From positions 1-61,476 of the forward strand of contig JAFGFL010000058.1 in NCBI GenBank assembly GCA_016931055.1: DNA of 61,476 nt, read 5' to 3'. Each line of letters opens with the position of its first letter. Positions within the stretch are counted from its first letter, which is position 1. Origin of the DNA: Candidatus Omnitrophota bacterium. Its GTDB lineage: Bacteria > Omnitrophota > Gorgyraeia > Zapsychrales > Zapsychraceae. Positions 1 to 9,721 of the stretch are shown piece by piece. The notes beneath the pieces were generated by a model. That model ran no database searches. It had not been told where the DNA came from and saw only the letters and a program-made list of their open reading frames with translations. The position numbers and the translations under genes were made by a program.

Positions 1-92
1 ATTGTTGACCACCTCCTAAGTAAATTTTCCCATTCTTATTCGGGTGGTCAACTGTTTGTTTAACTATTTATGAGATAACTTCTAGTAAGGAG

Positions 93-1310
93 CTAAACTA
101 ATAGTCTTGGCAATTCTTGCCAGGGGACGGCTGTGACATTGTCGGCCAGCTTAAATCTGCGCGGGCTGCGGCAGACAATATAGCCCGCCTCAGCTTCTTT
201 ATACTCCTCAAGGAAAATCTGCAACCCTTTTGCGTCCTTGATGGAAGGGGCCTCGCTCCACTTAACTTCAAAGGGGACATAGGAGGCTTGTGTCTCAACA
301 ACCCAATCCACTTCGGGCCCGTTAGGGTCTCTCCAAAATTTCAACTGTGCCGTCTTGCTCGATAGGCGAATGGATTTGAGCAGCTCTAACCCGACAAACT
401 GTTCAAAGAGTTTTCCCATTGTTTCCCGGGGCAAAGACGTCCCTTCCTTTGCGGCCAACCGGCGCACGCCAAGATCAAAGAAAAGATATTTGCTGGACTT
501 CGTAAGTTTTTTCCTCGTTAAGCTTTTCGATATGGGATCAATGCGCTCAATAATAAGGCAATCCTCAAGGATCTGAAAATATGAAGCGATGGTGGTGTGG
601 GCGGCTCCGATTTCCTGCGATAATTTCCGGAAGTTCATAATATTGCCCGATTCCGAAGCCGCATATTCCAGGAATTTGGCGAAAGACCCCAGACTTCGAA
701 CGATGGCTTCAGCCCGGACTTCCTCTTCCAAGTATGTTGTCACATAAGAATCCAGATCGGCATCCTTGGTTTTGTTTTCATTGAGAAGGACGATGCCGGG
801 CAGAGAGCCGTACAACAATAATTGCTGGATACTTTTTGTGGGGTATTCGGATAAAGAAAAGGGTGCCAGGTTTAATGAGACAACTCTGCCGGGAAGAAGA
901 TTGACATTAGATCCCCTTTTTAGTTTTCTGGCAGAGGAGCCTGTTAAAATAAAATTTGCAATCTTCCGGTCAATCAAATCTTGGACAGCATCCAAAAGAA
1001 CGGGGACTTTTTGGATTTCGTCAATTATGATAAGAGAGCGCGAGGATGGCGGGCCAGGATTAAGGGCTTCAACCTCAGAGGTCAACAGAGAAGGGTCCTT
1101 TTCGTAGCGCAATCGTAACTCAGGCCGTACCAAAGAGATAAACAGGTCACTTTTTAGTCGGCTGATGATCGTCGTCTTTCCTGTTTGGCGTGCGCCCAGG
1201 AGTAAAACGCTTTTATTACGGCTCAACGCCGAGAAGATTGACGATTCGATTTGCCTATTTATGTAGTCCATGCCATCCATTTTCCAAGAAATATGAGCAC
1301 ATGTCAACAA
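93..1310 (-). CDS. AAA+ ATPase, AAA_14/DUF4143-type ATP-binding protein
   Basis: 405-aa ORF. Walker A 'GARQTGKTT', Walker B-like 'LIIIDEIQ'. The C-terminal half resembles the DUF4143 family ('YLFFDLGV', 'EVDWVV'). Confidence 0.8.
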   Translation of the reverse strand: MLTCAHISWKMDGMDYINRQIESSIFSALSRNKSVLLLGARQTGKTTIISRLKSDLFISLVRPELRLRYEKDPSLLTSEVEALNPGPPSSRSLIIIDEIQKVPVLLDAVQDLIDRKIANFILTGSSARKLKRGSNVNLLPGRVVSLNLAPFSLSEYPTKSIQQLLLYGSLPGIVLLNENKTKDADLDSYVTTYLEEEVRAEAIVRSLGSFAKFLEYAASESGNIMNFRKLSQEIGAAHTTIASYFQILEDCLIIERIDPISKSLTRKKLTKSSKYLFFDLGVRRLAAKEGTSLPRETMGKLFEQFVGLELLKSIRLSSKTAQLKFWRDPNGPEVDWVVETQASYVPFEVKWSEAPSIKDAKGLQIFLEEYKEAEAGYIVCRSPRRFKLADNVTAVPWQELPRLLV

Positions 1311-1594
1311 TTTTATGTTTTATTCTGGCATTGCTCTTTTGGAAAGAAAAGCAAGTTTTGTGTTGAGACAGAAGGCCTTTCACACCCAAGAAACGGTTTT
1401 TATATGACTGAAAGATAGGGGGGGGAAAAGATTAGATAAGTCTGGTGAACGACCGTTTTCTGGTTGTTGAAACTTTGAAGGAAAAATCTTGTTAATTAAT
1501 TGAAGACGATTTACTATAACACATAAGAAATGAATATCAGATAATAATAGAAAATTTATTCGGCCTTTTTCAGGGGAAATGTAAAAGAGGGAAC

Positions 1595-2254
1595 ATGCAG
1601 ATGAAATTCAGAATCGTAAATATCTATGGTTTGCTGTTTTTTGTCATCGGTTTTTGTTGGCTTTTGATTATCTTTGCGCGGGGGGAATCTGTTTTGCCAA
1701 AGAAGCGAGGCCCCTCGAAAGTATCCTGTCAGAAAATCCAGGAGGAATTGACGGAGCGGATCCAAAAAAGATACCCCGAATTTTTCTCGGAAGGAAAACA
1801 TCCCAGGGCCTTTTCTCTTGCTAAACACTTGCCCAGGATGTTTGTCATGCAATTTTGGGCCATCGCCGCTCTGGAATTATGGTGCGCGGTCCTTTTCTTG
1901 TTGACCGGTCTGGCTTTGTTAAGAGGATATCCATTCCAAAGGCCTTTTGGCGCGGTCACATTGGCGACGGACATTATCTTAAAGACGCTGATCGTGACAT
2001 ATCATCAGTGCCTGGTGGTTCCGTTGCGGGATATTCTTGACGGGAAAAATATCTTATTGATGTATTTTGTGCCTGATGCCAACCCGGCGTCAAAAATTTC
2101 TTCCTATGTGTCAGGGGTCAAGCTGATTCAGGCCGACAAATTTTATTACGCCTTGTTGTATTCCGCCTTTTTTCTTATTTCTTCTTGGCTTTTTACTCAT
2201 GCAGGAGCAAAGAAGCATTTTGAAATCATAAGGGCCGAAGGCAAAGCTTCATAA
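1595..2254 (+). CDS. Hypothetical integral membrane protein
   Basis: 219-aa ORF with an ATG start and several hydrophobic helices ('LLFFVIGFCWLLIIF', 'FWAIAALELWCAVLFLLTGLALL', 'YYALLYSAFFLISSWLF'). No family recognised. Confidence 0.5.
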   Translation: MQMKFRIVNIYGLLFFVIGFCWLLIIFARGESVLPKKRGPSKVSCQKIQEELTERIQKRYPEFFSEGKHPRAFSLAKHLPRMFVMQFWAIAALELWCAVLFLLTGLALLRGYPFQRPFGAVTLATDIILKTLIVTYHQCLVVPLRDILDGKNILLMYFVPDANPASKISSYVSGVKLIQADKFYYALLYSAFFLISSWLFTHAGAKKHFEIIRAEGKAS

Positions 2255-2257
2255 ACA

Positions 2258-3199
2258 ATGCACCCAACTCTTCCCGCCCTCTTTTTAGAGAGGCTAAAAG
2301 ACATTGTCCCCGCAACAGAATATAGCCGCGTATTGGAAAGTTTTTCTTTCCCGAGGCCGCTGAGCGCGCGGATCAACACCTTAAAGGCGACAAAGGAAGA
2401 TGTTTTGAGCAATTTAAAAGAGAGAAATATCTCTATTAAAGAAGTTTCATGGATGGATGAAGCTCTCGTTCTTGAAGGGCTTTCGGTTGATGAATTCAGG
2501 AGGATGGATCTAGAGAGCAAGGGGATTATCTACCGCCAAGGGCTTTCAAGCATGCTTCCTGTTCTTACGCTGGACCCGCAGCCGGGGGAGAGCGTGTTAG
2601 ATATGTGCGCGGCTCCGGGGAGCAAGGCCACCCACATAGCGGCGCGGATGGAGAATCAAGGCCAATTGGTTTGCATTGAAGCGATCAGGAGCCGGTATTA
2701 TAAACTTAAAAACGTCGCGTTGTTAATGGGAGCGAAGAATATATCATTCTCCTTAATGGACGCGCGCCGTTTCCGTCCGCGAGGCCGGCTATTCGACAGG
2801 ATCCTTGTCGATGCGCCATGTTCTTCTGAAGGCAGGTTCGATGCAAATGACCCGGAGACATTCGCCTATTGGAGCCCCCGGAAAATCAATGAGATGGCCC
2901 ATAAACAAAAGGGATTGCTTCTGGCGGCAGGCCGCCTGCTGAAGCCGGGAGGGATTTTGGTTTATTCAACCTGTACGTTTGCCCCGGAAGAAAACGAAGG
3001 GGTTGTGGATTGGCTGCTGAAAAAAACAGGGGGTTGGCTGGAAGCGGAAAAAATCCACATTTCAGACGTGAGGACTTATCCGGCGATAACGGAATGGAAA
3101 GAAAGGCCCTTTCATTCTCAAGTGAAATGGGGACTGCGTGTTTTGCCTGGTCTCAATATGGAAGGATTTTTTGTTGCTAAATTCAAAAAGAATCAGTGA
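2258..3199 (+). CDS. RsmB/RsmF/NOP2-family SAM-dependent RNA cytosine-C5 methyltransferase
   Basis: SAM-binding motif 'DMCAAPGSKATH', catalytic Cys motifs 'DAPCSSEG' and 'YSTCT'. 313 aa, with no NusB-like N-domain. Confidence 0.85.
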   Translation: MHPTLPALFLERLKDIVPATEYSRVLESFSFPRPLSARINTLKATKEDVLSNLKERNISIKEVSWMDEALVLEGLSVDEFRRMDLESKGIIYRQGLSSMLPVLTLDPQPGESVLDMCAAPGSKATHIAARMENQGQLVCIEAIRSRYYKLKNVALLMGAKNISFSLMDARRFRPRGRLFDRILVDAPCSSEGRFDANDPETFAYWSPRKINEMAHKQKGLLLAAGRLLKPGGILVYSTCTFAPEENEGVVDWLLKKTGGWLEAEKIHISDVRTYPAITEWKERPFHSQVKWGLRVLPGLNMEGFFVAKFKKNQ

Positions 3200-3274
3200 T
3201 TGATGGCGGCGTGAGTTAATAGTATAATCTTTTAGAAATACAGGGGATTGAATAGGAATAAGGAGTTTATCAAA

Positions 3275-4645
3275 ATGGCCTCGAAAGAAAAAAGGCAAGC
3301 TTCAAGACGGCAGATCCAGGTCCCGATTGTGTGTTGGGGAGAATCGACCGGCCGGCACCCTGGCAAGGGGAAAGAGATCATCAGCAGGGACTTAAGCGGC
3401 GAAGGCATGGCTTTTTTTTCTGAGACGATCTATCCGATTGGGACGAATCTTCTCATTGATATTTTCCTTCCTAACTTTAAGGCGCCCATTTCCTGCAGTT
3501 TAAAAGTCGTCAGAATCGAGATCTTGCCTCAGAAAGATGAATACCTCATCGGCGGCGTATTTTTTGATATAGACGCGGCCCATAGGGAAGCTATTTCTTC
3601 CGCTTTAGGGAAGATGGACCTCTATGTTCTATTAAAAAGCACGGTTGAGGGAGGGGCTTCGGACCTGCATCTGACCGTTGGCCGGCCGCCGTTGGTACGG
3701 AAAGACGGACGGATTTTAATGATGGCGGGCGCATCCATCGAGCCCGGGCAAGTGGAAGCGATGCTGTATCCGCTATTAAACCGGGAACAGATAGAATATT
3801 TTGAGAAACATAAAGAAATGGATTTTGCCTTTTCTCCGGATGTAACCTCCAGGTTCCGCGTGAACATGCATTCTCAAAAAGGATATGTCGAGGCTGTTTT
3901 AAGGAATGTCCCCCCAGGGATCGAAGATTTTTCGGAATTAAACCTGCCGGAAGAAATCATGACGATGCTCTGCGGAGAAAAATCCGGGCTGATCCTGATT
4001 GCCGGGACGACCGGGTCAGGAAAGACCACAACCATGATGGCCATGGTCAATTATATGAATCAAATGTTTGAGAAAGTGATTATTACGATAGAGGATCCCA
4101 TTGAGCAAACGGTCGTGAGCAAGAAAAGCATTGTTAAGCAAAGGGAACTTGGGAGCGACACCAAGTCATACGCGGAGGCGTTGCGGCACGCCTTGCACCA
4201 GGACCCGGATGTTATCTGCGTCGGAGAGATCTTGGACGCAGAATGTTTAATGGCAGCCATGAAGGCGGCTGAAACCGGGCATTTGGTTATCACGACGGTT
4301 CACGCCCCGGGCGCGGTCACGGCGATAGAACGCAGTGTTAATTTGTTCCCGCCGGAGCATGCCCAGAATATCCGCCAGCAATTATCCTCATGCCTTCTCG
4401 GGGTCATATTCCAGATCCTTGTTCCGGACAACATAAACGGAGGGAATACTATCGCAACGGAAGTCCTCCTGTGCAACACGGCCATGAAAAATTTGATCCG
4501 GGAAGGGAATTATAAGCTCATGGAGAACGTTTTACAGACCGGCCGCGCCCAGGGGATGTATAAGCTTAAGGACAACTTGAAAGAGCTTTTGGATAAAGGG
4601 ACGATTGACATCGAGGTCTATAAGAAATTGGCTAAAGAAGGATAA
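3275..4645 (+). CDS. pilT: PilZ-domain / PilT-family type IV pilus retraction ATPase fusion
   Basis: The track ORF starts at TTG 3248. ATG 3275 lies 9 nt after an AAGGAG RBS. The N-terminus has PilZ motifs RxxxR ('RQASRR') and DxSxxG ('DLSGEG'). The C-terminal part has Walker A 'GTTGSGKTTT', 'ITIEDPIE', 'DPDVICVGE' and 'ETGHLVITTVHA', typical of PilT/PilU. Confidence 0.8.
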   Translation: MASKEKRQASRRQIQVPIVCWGESTGRHPGKGKEIISRDLSGEGMAFFSETIYPIGTNLLIDIFLPNFKAPISCSLKVVRIEILPQKDEYLIGGVFFDIDAAHREAISSALGKMDLYVLLKSTVEGGASDLHLTVGRPPLVRKDGRILMMAGASIEPGQVEAMLYPLLNREQIEYFEKHKEMDFAFSPDVTSRFRVNMHSQKGYVEAVLRNVPPGIEDFSELNLPEEIMTMLCGEKSGLILIAGTTGSGKTTTMMAMVNYMNQMFEKVIITIEDPIEQTVVSKKSIVKQRELGSDTKSYAEALRHALHQDPDVICVGEILDAECLMAAMKAAETGHLVITTVHAPGAVTAIERSVNLFPPEHAQNIRQQLSSCLLGVIFQILVPDNINGGNTIATEVLLCNTAMKNLIREGNYKLMENVLQTGRAQGMYKLKDNLKELLDKGTIDIEVYKKLAKEG

Positions 4646-4760
4646 GCGCTTTTGTCGGCGGATACCCTCAACTCCGCCGTCTTCCACGGCACCATTCTTT
4701 TCTGAAAACAGGCTTTCCGCGGTTTATCATCCCGATTGAAATATAGATAAGAGAGACAAT

Positions 4761-5732
4761 ATGATCGATGTGATGTTTTATGAAATGTTTGAGGAAGAAG
4801 AAAGGGAAATAAAGCGCATGCTTCCCCGGGACATAAGGGCCGGATTTACGCCCAAGACCATTCAGGAGGCGGGTGATACGGCGCCGCCCGCGACGGTTGT
4901 CAGCATACGGACGCAATCCAGGATCCCTTTGGATTGGGGCCGACGCGTGAAAGGCATATTAGCGCGTACCCAGGGGTATGATCACCTGGCCGTGTACCGA
5001 CGGGAATCCAAGGCGGGCATAAGCTACGGATTCTTAGGGAATTACTGCGCCCGCGCCGTTGCCGAGCAGGCGGCATTAATGATGATGGCCTTGATGAGGA
5101 ACCTTAAAAAACAGGAGAAGAATTTTGTTGCTTTTTCGCGCGACGGATTAACAGGAACGGAATGTAAGGGCAAGAGGGCCCTTGTGGTTGGCGTTGGCAA
5201 TATCGGACGGGAAATCGTGGATATTGGCCGGGGGTTGGGTATGGAGGCCAAAGGCGTCGACATTGCGCAAACCTTAAAGAAATTTGCGTATGTGCCGCTC
5301 AACGAGGGGATCGAGTGGGCGGATATTATTTTCTGCGCGCTTTCCCTGACAGAGAAGACAAACGGGATGCTCAATTATGAGGCACTTAATAAAGCCCGGA
5401 CAGGAGCAATCTTTATCAATATCGCCCGGGGAGAGATTGCCCCTCTCGAGGACCTGAAAAGGCTTTTGGATGAGGGAAAGATCTCTGGGATAGGGCTGGA
5501 TGTTTATGCGCAAGAGGGTTTTTTAGCGGACTCTTTGCGGGCTGGGAAATCTGACGAAACGCCGCAGGGCAAATTGGTTTTAGAACTCGCCCAAAGCGAT
5601 AAGGCCGTCCTTACGCCGCATAATGCCTTTAATACAAAAGAGGCCTTGGCCCGGAAAGCGGCTCTCACCGTTGAGTCCGTCGTTTCCTGTCTGAAGAAAG
5701 GGACGTTCCCTCACCCGGTCCCTCTTTTATAA
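4761..5732 (+). CDS. D-isomer-specific 2-hydroxyacid dehydrogenase (NAD-binding)
   Basis: Rossmann motif 'VGVGNIGREI', 'NIARGEI', 'LDVY..E', and catalytic His context 'TPHNAF'. Confidence 0.75.
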   Translation: MIDVMFYEMFEEEEREIKRMLPRDIRAGFTPKTIQEAGDTAPPATVVSIRTQSRIPLDWGRRVKGILARTQGYDHLAVYRRESKAGISYGFLGNYCARAVAEQAALMMMALMRNLKKQEKNFVAFSRDGLTGTECKGKRALVVGVGNIGREIVDIGRGLGMEAKGVDIAQTLKKFAYVPLNEGIEWADIIFCALSLTEKTNGMLNYEALNKARTGAIFINIARGEIAPLEDLKRLLDEGKISGIGLDVYAQEGFLADSLRAGKSDETPQGKLVLELAQSDKAVLTPHNAFNTKEALARKAALTVESVVSCLKKGTFPHPVPLL

Positions 5733-5813
5733 ACACGTTGCTTTTTCTATATGGAGGATTTAAAATAAAAAGCTTTTATTTTGCGGACGAGAAATAGTGT
5801 CGGAGGAATAGAC

Positions 5814-6488
5814 ATGCTGAAAATATACGGCGCGGACCTGTCTGGCCCCGCGAATAAAGTGAGGATGGCCGCCCATGCTTTGGGGATAGAATATGAATAT
5901 ATCCGCATCAGCATAAGAAAAGGGGCGAACCGCACGGAAGAATACTTGAGGCTGCATCCCGCCGGTAAAATCCCTGTCATTGATGATGACGGTTTTATCT
6001 TGTTTGAAAGCGACGCGATCATCAAATATTTGGCCTCTAAAAAAGGGTCTCCCTTGTATCCCGCTGATCTCAAGCAAAGGGCGCTCATCGACCAATGGAT
6101 GGATTTTATCACTATCCATGTCGGAGGATCGATGGGGAAGGTGGTTTATAACAGGGTCTTCGCGTCTTTTGCGGGCGCTGCCGTCGATGAAAATTCGCTG
6201 GAGGAGGGGCTAAAATTCCTCCGCCGCTTCTTGCCTGTTATTGATAATCAATTGTTCAAAAACGCCTTTGTGGCTGGAAAACAATTTTCTCTGGCGGACA
6301 TCGGGCTTTTGGCCGCGATGGACCCGGCCGAAGCTGCCGGGATTGACCCGGCCCCGTATAAACGGCTTTCGCAATGGCGGAAAGATCTTCAACAAAAAGA
6401 GTTCTACACGCGGTGCCACTCTTCTTATGAGGAAGCCTTGAAAAAATTAATGGCAAAACAAAAATCTGGTTCAAGCGCGGGAAAATAG
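5814..6488 (+). CDS. Glutathione S-transferase
   Basis: The track ORF starts at 5781. ATG 5814 follows a GGAGGA RBS. N-terminal thioredoxin-like GST fold signature 'HPAGKIPVIDDDGFILFESDAIIKYL', followed by a C-terminal helical domain. Confidence 0.8.
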   Translation: MLKIYGADLSGPANKVRMAAHALGIEYEYIRISIRKGANRTEEYLRLHPAGKIPVIDDDGFILFESDAIIKYLASKKGSPLYPADLKQRALIDQWMDFITIHVGGSMGKVVYNRVFASFAGAAVDENSLEEGLKFLRRFLPVIDNQLFKNAFVAGKQFSLADIGLLAAMDPAEAAGIDPAPYKRLSQWRKDLQQKEFYTRCHSSYEEALKKLMAKQKSGSSAGK

Positions 6489-7283
6489 ATGAAGGCAGCT
6501 ATTGTTCAGCTTAAATCCGGAAGCGATAAGGGCAAAAATATCAAAAAGGCTCTCTGTCTTGTTCAATGCGCTGTGGCACGCGGGGCAGAATTCATTTTAT
6601 TGCCGGAAATGTTTAATTTTCGCGGAAAGGCCGATCCCCGAAAAGGATTTAAGGATATCGCCGAGAACATCCCGGGGCCGTCAACGGCCCCTTTGATGGA
6701 GGCAGCGAGAAAAAACAGAATCGCCATTTTAGCCGGGTCGATATGCGAGAAATCCGCCGGGCAGAGAAAGGTTTATAACACCTCTGCTTTGATCGATGCT
6801 CGAGGCGATATCATTGCCAAATACAGGAAATCACATCTCTTTGACGCGAAGATCGGGGCGGCGAATATTAAGGAATCCCAGTATTTTGCCGCGGGGCAAA
6901 AACATGCGATGGCGTCCCTCGGCCCTTGGAAGATAGGATTATCGATCTGTTTCGATTTAAGGTTTCCGGAATTTTACAGGAAATATAGGGAGGGGAATGC
7001 GGATATCCTGTGCGTTCCCTCAGCATTCGCCAAAATAACCGGCCGGGCGCATTGGGAAGTCCTCCTGAGGGCCCGGGCCGTCGAGAACATGTGCTACGTC
7101 CTGGCGCCGAACCAAATCGGCATGGACGGGAAAGGGGTGACGGCTTACGGCAACAGTATGGTTGTTGATCCATGGGGGGAAATATTGGCCCGCGCTTCCG
7201 CTGATCAGGAAGAGATCCTTTTTGCCGAGCTTGACAAGGGCTTAATAAAAGAAAAACGTTCGGTATTGGGCTTTAGGAATTAA
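6489..7283 (+). CDS. Carbon-nitrogen hydrolase (Nit / omega-amidase-like)
   Basis: Glu-Lys-Cys triad contexts 'LLPEMF', 'YRKSHLF' and 'LSICFDLRFPE'. 264 aa. Confidence 0.85.
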   Translation: MKAAIVQLKSGSDKGKNIKKALCLVQCAVARGAEFILLPEMFNFRGKADPRKGFKDIAENIPGPSTAPLMEAARKNRIAILAGSICEKSAGQRKVYNTSALIDARGDIIAKYRKSHLFDAKIGAANIKESQYFAAGQKHAMASLGPWKIGLSICFDLRFPEFYRKYREGNADILCVPSAFAKITGRAHWEVLLRARAVENMCYVLAPNQIGMDGKGVTAYGNSMVVDPWGEILARASADQEEILFAELDKGLIKEKRSVLGFRN

Positions 7284-7332
7284 GGGAAACGTTAAACGCT
7301 ATTTTTGAATAATAAAATTACGAGGATAACCG

Positions 7333-7530
7333 ATGAACATGAAAGAAAAAGAGAGAGTTGTTTCTCAAGCAGGTCAAAGCCTTATTGAATACATCCTATT
7401 GGTCGCGATTGTCACGGCCATACTCATCGCTTTCTTCCGCCCGGGAGGGTATTTTCAGCAGGTTTTTTTGAACGTGGCAGATCAAGAGACATCCTATGTT
7501 TTAAATACGGCTGAAATGATCTTTCATTAA
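7333..7530 (+). CDS. Orphan Flp-like pilin
   Basis: 65 aa. Leader followed by 'AGQSLIEYILLVAIVTAILIAF', which fits the G/xxxxEY Flp prepilin motif plus a hydrophobic helix. It lies 10 kb away from the main pilin cluster. Confidence 0.55.
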   Translation: MNMKEKERVVSQAGQSLIEYILLVAIVTAILIAFFRPGGYFQQVFLNVADQETSYVLNTAEMIFH

Positions 7531-7572
7531 ATAATGGCCTGAAGGAAGATGCGGCCGAGATAGGCCTTGAAG

Positions 7573-8556
7573 ATGGCAAGAAAAACAATCAAGATTGCGG
7601 TTACAGGCGCTGCCGGGAATATAGGTTATGCCTTATTGTTCAGGCTGGCTTCCGGGGAGGCCTTTGGGCCGGAAACAGATATCATCTTAAGCCTGTTAGA
7701 GATTGAACCGGCGATTCCCGCTTTAGAGGGGGTTGTCATGGAATTGGAAGATTGCGCCTTTCCTCTTCTCAGAGACGTTCTCAGGACAGCGGATCCCAAT
7801 GAGGCCTTCAAGGATGCTGATTGGGCTCTTCTGGTTGGGAGCATTCCCCGAAAAGCGGGAATGGAACGGGGAGATTTATTGAAAATCAATGGAAAAATAT
7901 TTGCCGTACAAGGGAGGGCTATTTCGACCTATGCCAAGCCGACGTGTAAGGTCTTGGTTGTTGGCAACCCTTGCAATACAAATGCTTACATAGCAAAAAC
8001 TTGCGCGCCCAATATACCGGGAGAGAGCTTTTTTGCCATGACCATTTTGGACCAAAACAGGGCTTGCGCGCAATTAGCCCGAAAAGCCGGGGTGGCGGCC
8101 AAAGAGGTTAAGAATGTGGCTATTTGGGGCAATCATTCGGCGACACAATATCCGGATTTTTACCATGCGACTATTTCCGGAAAACCGCTATTAGAGGTTA
8201 TTTTAGATGATAGATGGCTTAAAACCTCTTTTATCGAGACGGTCCAAAAACGGGGCGCATCCATAATCCAGGCACGAGGGCTTTCTTCGGCAGCTTCGGC
8301 CGCAAATGCCGTCATTGATACGGTCCGGAAAGTCATTACCCCCACCAGGAAAGGAGAATTCTTTTCAATGGCGGTTTCCTCTGATGGAAGCTACGGGATA
8401 GAAAAGGGGGTCATGTTCAGTTACCCTTTGCGTTCGGATGGAAAGAAATGGGAAATTGTGAAAGGTTTGGAGCATAATGATTTTGCAAAAATGAAAATCG
8501 GGACAACGTATAACGAGCTTCTTTTTGAAAGGGATGAGGTTAAAGAGTTCCTTTAA
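7573..8556 (+). CDS. mdh: Malate dehydrogenase (LDH2-type MDH)
   Basis: '[23 protein letters not shown]', '[10 protein letters not shown]', '[12 protein letters not shown]'. The track start 7567 is TTG; ATG 7573 is more likely. Confidence 0.9.
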   Translation: MARKTIKIAVTGAAGNIGYALLFRLASGEAFGPETDIILSLLEIEPAIPALEGVVMELEDCAFPLLRDVLRTADPNEAFKDADWALLVGSIPRKAGMERGDLLKINGKIFAVQGRAISTYAKPTCKVLVVGNPCNTNAYIAKTCAPNIPGESFFAMTILDQNRACAQLARKAGVAAKEVKNVAIWGNHSATQYPDFYHATISGKPLLEVILDDRWLKTSFIETVQKRGASIIQARGLSSAASAANAVIDTVRKVITPTRKGEFFSMAVSSDGSYGIEKGVMFSYPLRSDGKKWEIVKGLEHNDFAKMKIGTTYNELLFERDEVKEFL

Positions 8557-8624
8557 CCTTTAAATGAAGTACGATGAACGGTTACATGAAAAATTGGAAA
8601 AAATACAAAAATCTTTAAATATGC

Positions 8625-8653
8625 TTGTCTTCACGTTTGAAAGCGTTTATACT
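8625..8653 (+). promoter_or_regulatory. Candidate sigma70-type promoter for the PPIase-cpaB-cpaC-cpaEF block
   Basis: TTGTCT (8625-8630), a 17-nt spacer, then TATACT (8648-8653), 45 nt upstream of ATG 8698. Confidence 0.4.
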
Positions 8654-8697
8654 CATATATATATTTATACTAAAGCTTTGCTAACGGGGAGGAATTT

Positions 8698-9657
8698 ATG
8701 CCGGTTTTAAAGGACCAAAGGACACGAATTTTTTGTTTTATTTTAATTTTAGCGATGGCCGCTCCGGGATGCGACTTGATCAAATCGATAAAGGAATATT
8801 TTCAGGAACCTGCCAATCCCCCTGCTTCTCAAACAGTTACAGCTAAAGAAATCGCAACTGTTAAGACACCGGCAATACCGGCACCGGCTTCTCCTATGAC
8901 GGCCAACACGCTGGCCCGCGTGGGCGGCTGGTCTATTACACTCGAGGAATTCCAAGAAAGGCTTGATGCTTTAAAAGAGGTTGTCCCGGAATATGACATC
9001 ACAGACCTGGAAGCGAAGAAACTTGTCCTTGATGAATTGATTAATCAACAGGTGCTTGTGTTAGGGGCGGAAAAAACGGGATTGTCTCGAGAAAAGGATA
9101 TTCAGGCCGCGGTCGAAGAATTCCGCCGGACGCTCATCGTCCGTGAAGTCGCCCGCCAGCTTACCGAGAATGTTGCGTTCTCTGAGAAAGAAGCCCGGGC
9201 ATTTTATGACGAGAATCAGGCGGAAATGGTTGGCCCGGCAGAGTGGCATGTCAGAGAGATTGTCGTCGATGCCAAAGACGAGGCAACGAGGATCTTAACG
9301 GAAATCTTAAATGGCGCAGATTTCGCCGAGACGGCCAAACTATATTCTACCAGCGAAACAGCGGGAAAAGGCGGGGACCTCGGCTTTATTACGGAAGAAC
9401 CTTTCCCCCAGATGGGCAGCGCTTTACTGCCGTTGGAGGAAGGAGATGTCAGCAGCGTATTTAAGGGCCCTGCCGGATATTACATTGTCAAATTGGAAGA
9501 GAAAAAAGGCGGGAACGTGCTTGGCTTTGATGAAATCAAAAAAGACATCATGGAATCGCAAACATTAATGAAACAACAGCAGGTGATCCTGGATCATTTA
9601 GAGCAATTGAAGAAAGATATGGAGATTGAAATCAACGAACCATTATTGTCGCAATAG
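8698..9657 (+). CDS. Parvulin-type peptidyl-prolyl isomerase lipoprotein (SurA/PrsA-like)
   Basis: Lipobox 'MAAPGC', SurA-like N-domain, and PpiC rotamase signature 'GGDLGFITEE...GYYIVKL'. Confidence 0.8.
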   Translation: MPVLKDQRTRIFCFILILAMAAPGCDLIKSIKEYFQEPANPPASQTVTAKEIATVKTPAIPAPASPMTANTLARVGGWSITLEEFQERLDALKEVVPEYDITDLEAKKLVLDELINQQVLVLGAEKTGLSREKDIQAAVEEFRRTLIVREVARQLTENVAFSEKEARAFYDENQAEMVGPAEWHVREIVVDAKDEATRILTEILNGADFAETAKLYSTSETAGKGGDLGFITEEPFPQMGSALLPLEEGDVSSVFKGPAGYYIVKLEEKKGGNVLGFDEIKKDIMESQTLMKQQQVILDHLEQLKKDMEIEINEPLLSQ

Positions 9658-9721
9658 AAAAGGATAGATCGCCTATTGGGGGCGACGGGCGGCAAGCCGC
9701 GCTCCCCACGGAGGGAATATT

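Noticed and set aside
4-52. Inverted repeat GTTGACCACC...GGTGGTCAAC as the terminator of the AAA+ ATPase gene
   Set aside because: The loop is ~28 nt and no U-tract follows on the minus strand. This is not a convincing intrinsic terminator, and it lies close to the window edge.
5747-6119. Two minus-strand ORFs (119-121 aa) opposite the GST gene
   Set aside because: They are antisense shadows; the GST frame has clear family motifs.
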